Assembly: GCA_964016885.1 (NCBI GenBank)
Contig: OZ024742.1
Span: 116,436,001-116,500,000, forward strand
From: Eledone cirrhosa
Taxonomy: Eukaryota
Direction of reading: 5' to 3'
Length of the DNA stretch: 64,000 nucleotides
The stretch's first letter is position 1. The number at the start of each line of letters is the position of its first letter. Below the pieces are notes generated by a model. It had not been told where the DNA came from, did no database searches, and saw only the letters and a program-made list of their open reading frames with translations. Made by a program: the position numbers and the translations under genes. Positions 29,517 through 44,100 of this stretch are shown piece by piece.

Positions 29517-31513
29517 CTCAGAGTTTCTTTGTCTTGTAACCTGGCTGTTATAAAAAAAAAATTGATATCTTTAAATCCTTCTTCGTAGTGCCCCAGTATG
29601 ACCGCATTCCAACGTCTGAAAACAAATGCGTAAAAGTCATGTACACTGCGTTTTGATTACTGGAGAAAGTGGCAGGTCGTGATTGGTTATTGTAATGAAG
29701 TTTAAGAAATATAATTTCAATAGTTAGTGTTTTTCATTCAAACCAATTATATTATTATCGATTGTTAATATGTTATTTGTTTTATAAATGATTTGTGGTG
29801 ATTTAGTTGTTATTTCTAACTGGGCCTGCAATAATCTAGATACGTCCTTGTAGTCCAGCTAATTATTGATGTCCTTCACCAAATTTATTTATTTATATAA
29901 TTGAGTAGACCTATTATGTGAGTAGTTACTATCTGAGCAATCTCGTCTCGTTTTCATCTCCAAATACTCCTTTTCCGGGATTTGAAGGGGAATTGCTATA
30001 TTTTGAAATGACCGACTGACCACTAACAATCCTCCTCGATGGATTGCCAGGGGCTACATGAATTGCCTTCTGTAGAAAAATAACTTTGACATTTCTTTTT
30101 CTTTCTTTTGTTTCTGATAAACATTCAGAAAATTAAGGCCTGAGATCAATATCGATGATTGTTTTTGATATTTATGATTAATATTGAAATGTTCGGGATG
30201 TGGAGTCACTGGAAATCGATCAGTAACAGCATGTTAATTTAGCGTCACTTATTTTGGATTTTGTTTTTTATCACTATTTTCCCTGTGATGTTTAAGAGAA
30301 ACGGATTAGAGTGAAACTTGAATATGTAAGGTTGAATTAAAATCAAATTATAAAATATTTTTTTATTCTTCTATTTTTATTCCTTTTACATTTTGATGAT
30401 TTAAAAAATATTAAATTGACGTCAGTACTTGGCTGCTATTTGACTTGAGCGACTCCGAAAAAAATGAAAGATAAATTTGACTCGGTTGTATCAGAACTCA
30501 GAACTAAATGATCAAGCCTATGATCAAACGACTCGGTAAGAAACAGACAGATAATCAATATTACGTTAATAAACGTCATACAGGAGCACTGAATTCAATG
30601 TCTCGTCCATGTTGTCCTTCAAAGAAAAACATCTACGGTCGATTGATTATCCAAGAGAAAGTTCCAGGCGTTGCGAAATGGAGGCACATTATTGATGAAA
30701 TTATAAGTCAATATCTGGGAGGATCTGAAATTACTGCTTTAACATCTGAATATCTGATACAGAATCAGAACCAATGGAAGTAAAATATACATATTACAAG
30801 GAACATCATCGCGAAAATCAGCTTCACAATATATGGCAGGGTTTTGCGATACTCTAGAACAGAGCTTCCCAAACTGTGTTTTATTTTCGCGTGTTGCAAA
30901 TAATCTGTAGATGTGCTGCGAAATTAAGTTTAACACCCCAAATCAATTAACCAATTTTTAGCTTAGATTTGACAACGTCACACACAGTTAGATACGTGTC
31001 ATCATATTCGAACCATTTCATTAATAAAACTTAACTAATGTGCCAGGAATTTTTCAATTATGTGATAATTGTGATAATTGTAGAAAACTCTGTTTTAACG
31101 ATTCTGTTAATAGGAAAGTATAAACTTAGTTTCTTTACTACTACTGAAGCAACTTCAATTCATTAAAGGATTAAAGTAAGTATTTATATAGAAACCAATC
31201 ATTTTTTTCAGGGAGGGGGGTAATGCGCGTCAATTAACCTGCAAGACATATCAGCACAATCTCCTTCATATCACAAAATACAGATTGAAAAAGAGATAAA
31301 CACACTATTCAAAACTTTATATACACGGTCTCGTACAGAAGGATGTAATAGCCATAACTAGAATGACTTTGCTTACGGTTCCACGATCAGTCCCAACCTC
31401 CTTCAAAAGGAGCCTTGTAAAAAGGCAACGGCTACAAAATATGCAACATAAAAATTTTAATTAAAATTACACACACACATATGTGTGTGTGTGTATGTGT
31501 GTGTGTGTGTGTG

Positions 31514-31592
<79 letters not shown>

Positions 31593-31728
31593 ACTGAGTT
31601 TTCGAATTACAGGTACAACTTATTTTTGCACGCTAATTGTACTGGAGCAACCTGAAATAAAACGTCTTATTCAAAAATACTTACAATCGTGAGCCGAATA
31701 CTGTAATCATTGCGCCATGTGCGTTCAC

Positions 31729-31781
<53 letters not shown>

Positions 31782-31804
31782 ATTGTATGAATATATGTGA
31801 ATAC

Positions 31805-31847
<43 letters not shown>

Positions 31848-31852
<5 letters not shown>

Positions 31853-34655
31853 AGAAGCAAGAAATTGCTTATTGTTATCCAGTTCTTGGTTAAGAAAGCC
31901 AGTTTTATGGATGGTTTCAACGTACGGTTAGGGGTAACTCCACAAGTTTGTAAGAATTCCGTTCAATCTTGGAGTAAAAGTATAAAAGAGAAAACACAGG
32001 TAAGCATTAAGAGAAGGATTTTATCCAGGTATTTACGACTGTTTCATTGGTAAGTGCAACCTTATTTTGCTATACTGGAAATAGCAGCCACTCAAATATA
32101 ATTGTTGTTCACAGTCCAAGTTTTCAAAATAGTGAGTAAGTTACTCTTGCAAAAATTCTTAATATATAGAGAAAAACATGTATTTGGAATTGTATTTACT
32201 AGTATAGAGAGAGGGGAATCAGAAGGTGAGGGGACAAACGGAATAGTATAGAGAGAGAGGAAAAGGGAAGAGGTAGGAAGTAGAGTGACAAACTGAGATG
32301 GAGGGAGGGGTAGCTGTGGAAGGATTCCTTGGTCAGTTTTGATAGCAGACTTCATGTCGTGGAATATTGTGAGTTAAAGAGAATTAAATTGATCATAGTG
32401 GGAGGGATGGATAGAGAGGGAGAGTTAGAGGGGGGGGGGAGATATAAAGAGATAAATATATATATATATATAAAAAATAAAGATAAAGATAATAATGACA
32501 AAAATAAAAGCAAAGATGGGGGTGAGAAAGAAGAAGAGAAAATATAGCCAAGAAGGGGAGGGAAGGAAGGAAGAAAATGAAGAAATAGAAGAGGAATGAG
32601 GGAGAAGAGGGGGATATATATATATTGGTTTTGTGAGTAATTAAAAGGGTTTAGATACAAGAGGGTATAAAGTCTAAGTATATGCAGTTTGTCAGTTGGT
32701 AGTAAGAGGTTAAGGGTTCGATTTGTAGTGTGAAAACTTCTCTTTGAGTCTATGGTTACAATAAATTGATCTTTCGATTTTATTGTTGAGTAACTTATTC
32801 TTCGAACTCAAGATGTGGAACAGCTCAAGGTCGCATAATCGACAGCAGCTTCTCATATCACTCCGATATGGGAGCGCGTTCGATAATTTTTTCCACTTCA
32901 GGGTGTATTGATGGTTACTTTCCCTCAGTTGCTAGGTCTTGTTTGCAAGGGTAGTTACATAACGATGCTGGGAATGTTTCATTGAGTAACGGTGTGTATA
33001 CCAACGGGCTTTAAATTTATTTCCAGTCGCTCCGATGTAATACCATTTCTGGTTGTCTGATTACACTGTGCATTGGTAAACCAGGTTAGACTGCATACAT
33101 TCATTATGTAATGGACAGGTTCCAGGTAGGTGGCAGTTACAGTTCTTGTCATGGGCAACTTTGGCATTATTGGTGGGCTGCGATGCCTGTACAAGTGTGT
33201 TACATTTTGTTTGCCTATTAGTGGGTGGTTGTGTATTAGATATTCTGTTGTGTTCGGTGGTGATTGTATTGTTATTGTTGTAAATTTGTGTTTTGGTGTT
33301 GTTATGTATTTTTTAGCGTTAAGCATCTTAATGTGTGCCTCTATATTTGGTGCCGTGGAGTAAGATAGTCTAATAGATTTAGTGTTAAGGATTTTGCTGT
33401 ATCTATGTGAATCTGGAAAGTGCTTATTTATTATTCTAAAGAAGGTAGAGGGTAGGTTAGTACTAATAGAGGTGTTAAATATGGGGTTATACCAAATATA
33501 TTTTCTACTGCGTGACTTGTTTGATTTCGATGTTGTATTTCTATTTGCCGTATACTTTGCAGTTCTATGCGTAAGTGCGTGTGTGCGTGCGTTACCGGAG
33601 TTTGTGTTATGCGTGTTCGTGTGCGCTTCACTGAGGCTTTCATCTATATATTCTACTCCATCTAAGTGGCCTGCCTTGTCTAATGCGGTATTGTAGTATT
33701 ATGCATGTTCTTTGAAGATTTGCCGGTTAGACGAGAGGCGGGAGATCCTAAGGGATATGCTGCGTGGAATGGATTTAATTGTGGATAGTGGGTGGTTTGA
33801 GTTACAGTTGATGTATGCTAAATTTTCATTAATCTTGTGAAAAGGTCTTATAAGTCCCGTATTTAGATTAAGCGTCGCGTCTAGAAAGTTAACTGTTTTA
33901 GTGCTATACTCATACGTTATGCTAAGGTCTAGTTTCCCGAGAGTCTTTCTAATATTCTTACGGAGTCTTTCTATGCTCTAGTTATTTAGGTTCTTAACTA
34001 GGAGAAGGGCGTCGTCTCTGTAGATACTACCGTGAAGGTTGCTAAACTCACTTTGTAAACTATGGGCTATGTCAAATTGTATAAATTTAGATACTTCTTT
34101 GTTAGCTATATTGTTAAACCACTTAATTATTTCGGTAGCGTTACCCCATAGTATAATCACTAGTTTATTCTTCATTTGTGCTATCACTCTGTCTAATATA
34201 TGTTTACTAATTTTCCCGATGTCCGATTTGGACGGGCATATAAGTCTAATTGTGGGGTTATAATCAAGATTTACCTTGTGGTCCTTGAGGTTATATGTGG
34301 GGGTACATGGCCTAAGTGGCTCCGTTCTGTCGTCTATTCCTAGATGTTTGACTATATTGTGTGCCCCGTTGTTGATGTTTATCACTCTACTTCCTACCTC
34401 TTCCCCCTTCTTCTCTGTCTATACTATTCCGTTTGTCCCCTCACCTTCTGATTCCTGTCTCTCTATACTATTAAATACAATTCCAAATAAATGTTTTTCT
34501 CTATTTTGAAAATTTGGACTGTGAACAACAATTATATTTGAGTGGCTGCTATTTGCAGTATATTTGCAGTATATAAGGTTGCATTTACCAATGAAACGGT
34601 CGTAAATACCTGGATAAAATCCTTCTCTTAATGCTTACCTGTGTTTTCTCTTATA
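31848..34655 (-). mobile_element. Decayed, 5'-truncated, internally deleted Penelope-like element with inverted pLTR copy
   Basis: Minus-strand translations give LKDHK..PTIRLICPSKSDIGKISKHILD, KFIQFDIA, SIYRDDALLL, VNFLDATLNLNTG, SNHP, YIWYNP and CCRLCDLELFHIL..CNHR. Segment 34385-34652 is the reverse complement of ~31985-32290. Flanked by (TA)n. Confidence 0.88.
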
Positions 34656-34669
34656 TATATATATATATA

Positions 34670-35342
<673 letters not shown>

Positions 35343-35445
35343 ATTTTGGTCTGAATATTTAATTTATTAATTCTTCATTGAGCCACATCGTGAATAGTTG
35401 CCAAAACACATATATAGCTGTGACTTTGTTTAATTGGTGTATGTG

Positions 35446-35567
<122 letters not shown>

Positions 35568-35571
35568 TACG

Positions 35572-35614
<43 letters not shown>

Positions 35615-35653
35615 ATGTGTATGATTGTATGAATATATGTGAATACGCATATA

Positions 35654-35705
<52 letters not shown>

Positions 35706-35755
35706 TACATGTATGATTGTATGAATATATGTGAAAACGCATATAGATGCATATG

Positions 35756-35794
<39 letters not shown>

Positions 35795-35904
35795 ATGTGT
35801 GTGTGTGTGTGTGTATGTGTATGATTGTATGAATATATGTGAATACGCATATAGATGCATATGTATATATATATATATATATGTGTCTGTGTGTGTGTGT
35901 GTGT

Positions 35905-36125
35905 TGTGTTTTGAAACAGTGAGTGAGTTTGAAATTAGAAATATAAGCTTTCACCGTGTTTTTTTTTACTAAAGAAATGTTTAGCCTGGTACTGGGGTTT
36001 AGAACACTGAGAAAAAAGGAAAAAGATGAGTATTGACGTACATGTACGTCAATACTCATCTTTTTCCATTTCTCTGAGTGTTCTAAATCCCACTATCAGG
36101 CTAAAAATGTATTTCTTTACTCAAA
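35905..36125. repeat. Fold-back repeat family member centred on GACGTACA|TGTACGTC
   Basis: ~80-bp arms. Same family at 40365-40462 and 40572-40788. Confidence 0.85.
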
Positions 36126-36208
36126 AAAGAAAATAATATATATATATTTCGTTTCTGAATTTGTTTAGCAAGATTCTTTATCTGAAAACGTTTGTTGAAA
36201 CAAAGCAT

Positions 36209-36292
<84 letters not shown>

Positions 36293-36307
36293 ATGCTTTG
36301 TTTCAAC

Positions 36308-36339
<32 letters not shown>

Positions 36340-36389
36340 AACTAAATATAAATGGAATAGAATGAAACGAAATTTCATTTCTCACTTAC

Positions 36390-36922
36390 TTAAATGTAAG
36401 TATCTATGTATGTATACGTACATACATATATGTATGCAGACGTACAGTAGTATGTATATATATATACATACATGCACACATATATATATATGCACGTATC
36501 GGTTTACCGAACATTTATTATAGTGCTCGGTTTGTTTGTTTGTAAACAAACAAACAGCCCGAATTCACTCGATATGCAAATTAGGCTGCTCAGCCGTTAA
36601 TATGCACAAGGAAAGTATACACTTTGAAACGTTCAACCGTCTGGCAGCAAGGTAGACGATGCTGATGATAGCTAATAAGCTTGAAACTAGTACATCGTTC
36701 CTATGTCAGAGGTGAACAAAAAGGTGACGTGGTTGCCTAAACACTGTACGGCGTAATTCGGGCTGTTTGTTTGATTACAAACAAACCGAACATTATAATA
36801 AATGTTCGGTAAACCGATACGTGCATATATATATGTGTGCATGTATGTATGTATATACACACTACTGTACGTCTGTATACATATAAGTATGTACGTATAC
36901 ATACATAGATACTTACATTTAA
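36390..36922. mobile_element. Inverted-repeat cassette (~170-bp arms) enclosing an intact hammerhead; probable PLE pLTR remnant
   Basis: 36390-36565 is approximately the reverse complement of 36755-36922. Hammerhead lies in the spacer. Confidence 0.8.
36656..36698 (+). ncRNA. Minimal type-I hammerhead ribozyme, canonical core
   Basis: ACGATG-CTGATGA-tAGCT aata AGCTt-GAAAC-TA-GTA-CATCGT. 6-bp stem I, palindromic stem III ACTAGT, predicted cleavage after GUA at 36692. Confidence 0.9.
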
Positions 36923-36970
36923 CTAAATATATATATATGCATATGCATCTATATATATATATACATATGC

Positions 36971-37017
<47 letters not shown>

Positions 37018-37057
37018 CATATGCATCTATATATATATATATATATATATATATGCA

Positions 37058-37127
<70 letters not shown>

Positions 37128-37221
37128 ATATATACATATATATATATATATATAGATATATATACATAAAAATCTATCTATATATAAATATATAGTTATG
37201 CATCTCTCTCTCTCTCTCTCT

Positions 37222-37300
<79 letters not shown>

Positions 37301-37350
37301 CATATGCATCTATATATATATATAAAGATATACATATATATACATATGCA

Positions 37351-37405
<55 letters not shown>

Positions 37406-38487
37406 TTTTATATATATATATATAAAATTATTTATTTATAATGTGCAATTTTCTTAGCATAAATATTTACCGTGTGTCGCAAATATACCCGAGGTGTAGG
37501 TCGGCATCGTCTTTCATCCCACTATATTTGTAAAATATTTACATATTATGCAGCGAATTCGATTCGATTGGTTATACTTCAGTTCTCTAAAGTTGTTATT
37601 TTGTGTCAATATACTAAATATTCAAATAATATGTTTGAAAACGGCGGCAAGCAGACTGAATTGGTTGAGCGCCAAACTGAATAACTTCCAACCTTTATTT
37701 TCTACACATACATTGAGTTGAAGCTAACACCGTGAAGGATTGCTTTTCGTCATTTTAAGGTCAATAAAACGATTACCAATAATATTCCTGAGTCGATCAT
37801 TCAAATTTGGCCTTATAGACTAGTCAGAGTATATATCGATTTATTAATATTTGCACAATGACGCACACTTTATCGGATGAGGGTATTGATTAAATCGACG
37901 CCAATATTTGAATTGTAATATTTGTTTTATCGACTTTAGAAAGATGAAAGCTAAAATATGCCCTGGCCGGGTTTGAAATAAAGATACGAAGGGTCTTCAT
38001 AATGTAATATGAAACAGTATATTTCATTCACTAGCAAATCTGCCACCCATTCTTCCACAATTTAAAAGATACTATACGGCCGCGTGTATGTCAAGGCGTT
38101 TAGGTAGTTTGCTTCACCACCATGTGTTTTCGGGTTCAATTTCACTTTATGCGTCTGCTCATCTACAATATTAAATTGGGGTATCAACCTATTCCTGTTT
38201 ACTTCAAAAGCAACTGAGCCATTCGTTAATCAGTTATTCATTATACCGGATTGAAAGTAATATTACGGTGATATAATCATAACTGAACATGAAACTCGTG
38301 GCCAAGTATGATCGCAGTAGAATCAGTGGAACCAATAACACAAGAAACGAAAGTTTTACGGTACAGATTAGTATTTATTGAAAGGCAGAGGAACTCAGGA
38401 GAATCAACGGCCATTCAATCAATCATGTACATAAGTATATAGTTTTGTACGTATATTAATGATGTTAAAAACGATATACGCACATAA

Positions 38488-38585
<98 letters not shown>

Positions 38586-38661
38586 TTGTATATTTATGTG
38601 TGTTTATATCATTTTAAAAAACATTTTAACCTTTTTTCATCTTTTAAACTTTTTTCCTTTT

Positions 38662-38710
38662 TTTAGTGGGGGTTAGGGTTATGGTTAGGGTTAGTGATAA
38701 TGCTAGGGGA
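38662..38710 (+). repeat. Short degenerate TTAGGG-like tract
   Basis: TTAGTGGGGGTTAGGGTTATGGTTAGGGTTAGTG. Confidence 0.5.
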
Positions 38711-38774
38711 AGGAACACTCAAATGAAAATGTCATACTAGATGTTACACCCATTTTCTAAATAATATTTCACAC

Positions 38775-39030
38775 AGAATATCTTGGTAGTATGATACAAG
38801 CTGATGGCAAATTGAACACTGGAATCACATCGCGTATAAAAAAGGCACCAAAAAGATTTGGTGGACTAGAAATTAAGGTCTGGTCACAAAATTGCATCAC
38901 ATTGGAGACGAAGATTGCTATATGCACGGAGACGAACCATTTGAAATGCGGCAGAATGAGACCAACATTAATAATGGTGAATCTTATCCAGCGTTAGTTT
39001 TCAAATTCCCTCTGTGTCCTAAGGTGTGCC
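38775..39030 (+). pseudogene. Old RTE-clade RT fragment
   Basis: YLGSMIQADGKLNTGITSRIKKAPKRFGGLEIKVWSQNCITLETKIAI. Confidence 0.65.
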
Positions 39031-39329
39031 TTTCAAAAACCTGAGGTCACACCTAAGAGCACATGATGATAAACTTCAAGTTGGTTATTCAAACGGCGTT
39101 GCAGAGAATCAGTTCAGTGATATATTGGTTAGAAAATGTTCAAATCAGGTGTTTCAGCAGAAGTAACATCTAAAGATATCCATTCGAATGAGACATCATT
39201 GTATTGTTTGTGGATGGGTATTTCACAGGCTTTCAGAACTCAAAAGCCTTATGAGATCTCATGCCAGGAATGAGCAGACATAAAAGTGCAAGAAGTGATC
39301 TGATCAAGCTTTGTATGGAACAGGCGGCC

Positions 39330-39365
<36 letters not shown>

Positions 39366-39738
39366 CTTGGGGAGGGTCATATTGTTATAATATTGCCAGA
39401 TATAAAAACACACTCACTATTTGGTTTAGGTTGGTTTTTAACAATATGACCCTCCCCAAATATAACAATATTGATTCCACACATGATTTCATATCAACCA
39501 CATTGCAAAACATATATATATATATATATATTTTTTTTTTTTTTCCTGAGTTCAGTCTATTTCGTGGCTATGGTCACTGCGGCCCTTCTATCGGTCGCTG
39601 TATTCATTTTGCAAAGCTGTCTAAACGTAATGTTATAACACTAGGGTTATATACCATATCCGAGTGCTTAGCTGCACACCGAAACTGGATTCATTAGCTT
39701 GGCTGCAACCATGGCTTCGTTGATGCTGTACTAAAGTT

Positions 39739-39815
<77 letters not shown>

Positions 39816-39902
39816 ATAATAATAAATTTGAAGACTAAAATCCAAAGAGGGCTCGATAAGAATAAATATATATCAAATATATAAGAACCGTAGAGCAAAT
39901 AT

Positions 39903-40035
39903 TTATTAAAATAACATAAAGTTTAAGCAAAGAATCGCTGCTTTCACCCTTAACGGGATCTTCTGAGTTTCAAATGATGCCGTTAAGGGTGAAAGCAGCG
40001 ATTCTTTGCTTAAACTTTGTCTGTTATTTTAATAA
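39903..40035. repeat. Head-to-head inverted pair of the CAGAAGA hammerhead-family motif
   Basis: 39903-39965 is approximately the reverse complement of 39971-40035. Left flank 39815-39915 matches 21833-21935. Confidence 0.85.
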
Positions 40036-40131
40036 CAGTCATTCATTCCAGGTTGACTCTTTGTCAATAAAGATGAGATCCAATGTAAAATTCACATACT
40101 GCGGTTACCCAGATTTAACCCGGGATGCACT

Positions 40132-40851
<720 letters not shown>

Positions 40852-41018
40852 AAGTGGTAGCAATAATCATTTTTCAGATTTTCACCAATATTCACAAATA
40901 AATTCATCAGGCAATGTATTTTATTTCATTTCCTCGTTTCTCTGGTTACCACTACAGAGACAGGGATTGAGAGGCTATTTGTTGTTTTCCCCTCACTGAA
41001 ATGTTTATGTTTATATAT

Positions 41019-41049
<31 letters not shown>

Positions 41050-41099
41050 CATACATACATTGATACATACATACATACATACATACATACATACATACA

Positions 41100-41131
<32 letters not shown>

Positions 41132-41652
41132 AACTAAACACGTAGAGTATGTGAGAGTCTGTGTATGCGTCTGTACATAAGTTTCTTATGAAAACATGTA
41201 AAGCGATACAGAAGAGATGAAACCTATAGAGCAAGACAGAAGAAACCGATAACTAAATATTTAAATAATTGCTTTAATTTTGTTCCAGACAATCTATAGA
41301 GTAATCTGGCATTTCTGGCATACAGTCAAGTGAAATATCGCTGGTAAATATATGAAGAAAAAATCTTCATTACTTCATTACAGATATTGATTTTAGGAGT
41401 GAAGCCAACTTTGTAACGTATTCATCAATGGTGGTTCTTAAACCCTCTTTTTTTATTTAATATTTTTCTCTGTTCTATTGTTATTGTGGCACAGAGAAGT
41501 CTTTAACATCTGAATTTATAATATTTCTTCTTTTTCTCTTTTGGCAAAGAACATTACGTCCAATAATGAACATTCACTAAATAACTATGTTCTACATACT
41601 TCTGGAATACATTTAGCTGATTATGCGTAGCAGAGGTTTACCTTAAGCAACG

Positions 41653-41771
<119 letters not shown>

Positions 41772-41814
41772 GTATATGTATATATATGTATATATATGTA
41801 TATGTATATATATG

Positions 41815-41896
<82 letters not shown>

Positions 41897-41952
41897 AATG
41901 TATGTATATATAAAGGTATGCATATATAGGTATGCATATATATGTATGTATG

Positions 41953-42049
<97 letters not shown>

Positions 42050-43381
42050 TGGTTGTTGTAGCTATCTAACGTTAAATGCAAGACTGTAACAGTTCAGAAT
42101 TTTCAGTAAAAACAAAGCGGGCTTTAGCTCAATATTCTCAGATCACATCAAGTTGCCATACACAAATAAAAATAAAGTCAGAAAGGGTATTATTAAATAA
42201 TGCCGTCTCAGACACCCTATGTTAAAATACCAGACGATATTACCTTGGACGGTAAACTTGTAATCAAGCTTTCGCTAGTTCTAGACCATTTCAGCTATGA
42301 ACACAATAGCAATACTATTACCGGTACAAGATATATCCAACGTCAGTGATTCAAGGAAGTCTCTTGAAATGTTAAATGTAGCTGTCAACTCTTGTTCACA
42401 TCACACTCTATATTATTTTAAAATGGAATAAACACTTGTACAAATATTGGATGATCAAAGCTTGGATTTCTGCATGTTCTATCAGAGCTGATTTGTGTTT
42501 AAACAATAGACCGTTACAAATCTATCAAAATGTTGACTTGTTAGGAATAGCAGCGAAATTGCCCGTATATAATACCTTGCTGTTTCATAAAAGAGGATGC
42601 ATCGAAAAATATAGTGGTAGTTATGCTACATCTTAAAATGAAGATGATGATAATGGTAGGGTCACGACTGGAACTTGGGACTAAAGAAAGGAAAATTATT
42701 TCGGAAGCCAAATTTCTAATTTATTCGTTCCAACAAGAGACCCTGTTCGCTACAATTAGCAACTGGAAAATAATGAAATATATGAATGGCTCCCAAACGT
42801 TTTACATCTAAATTAAAAGAATTTTCCAACTGACCATCCCTGTTGTGATTACTTTCTACTGGCAAGAATAATAATTGAAACAGTGAAACGGTTATATTTA
42901 GAAAGAATAGAGACCCAATAACGTAGGTGTGCTGTCTTTTAACAAAGTACATTCAATTCCGAACTTGGCGTATGGTTCAACATTATTGTGGATTCCCAGG
43001 AGCTCTAAGAAACAGGTTAGGAGCAACTGTATTAGGAAATACAGTCCGGGAGGCATACGAAATTCGGCTGGAACTTATTGCGTTACATGTCTGCTTTATC
43101 AGAAACCATCATTTTATATGTCTGCACTATCAAAGCTCGCCCACTTCTGTTGGGGTCAAGTACAAAATGTAGTTTACTATCTTTTCTACCACAATTGTAT
43201 GTATGCATCGATATACACCAACTGCTGTAGTCGTAAACGCACCATAAGGATATATTGCATGTCTTGAGGACTTTACTCCTGACGGAGCTCAACCCATCAC
43301 CAGGTCTGGACACGGCTAATATCTTCGAGAGAAGAAAAATGAGAGAGAGACCAACTTAAAGTGAAACATATTTATATATGA

Positions 43382-43469
<88 letters not shown>

Positions 43470-43486
43470 ATATATATAATAAATCT

Positions 43487-43518
<32 letters not shown>

Positions 43519-43591
43519 AAGTTTTCCCTTTTTCCTTTTCCACACATACGCAAATTTCAAAAGCAATATGTGTATATATATATATGTAGAA

Positions 43592-43669
43592 GGAACAACG
43601 TGAAATAAGGTGTCTTGCTCAAGGACATAACGCATAACCCGGTTCAGCAATCTAACTCACAACCTCAAG

Positions 43670-43672
<3 letters not shown>
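43592..43672 (-). mobile_element. tRNA-derived SINE head fragment (duplicated at ~48310; relative at 31600-31730)
   Basis: Minus strand TGTCCTTGAGCAAGACACCTTATTTCACGTT, a CORE-SINE-like motif. Confidence 0.55.
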
Positions 43673-43756
<84 letters not shown>

Positions 43757-43818
43757 AATGTATATATATGTGTATATATGTATATATATCTATATATATA
43801 TATGTATATATATATATG

Positions 43819-43884
<66 letters not shown>

Positions 43885-43952
43885 AATGTATGTATATATA
43901 TGTATGTATATATAAAGGTATGCATATATAGGTATGCATATATATGTATATA

Positions 43953-44055
<103 letters not shown>

Positions 44056-44100
44056 TATATATATATACACTATATATATATATGTTATATATATATATAC

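Noticed and set aside
34530-34612. Hammerhead in the second PLE's pLTR (GAAACGGTCGTAAATA; mirror at ~32030)
   Set aside because: The 3' half is plausible, but neither copy has a recognisable CUGANGA.
38662-38710. Telomere or chromosome fusion scar
   Set aside because: Only two exact TTAGGG units and no inverted array.
42700-43320. Short ORFs conserved among unit A copies
   Set aside because: Conservation reflects recent duplication; no recognisable domain.
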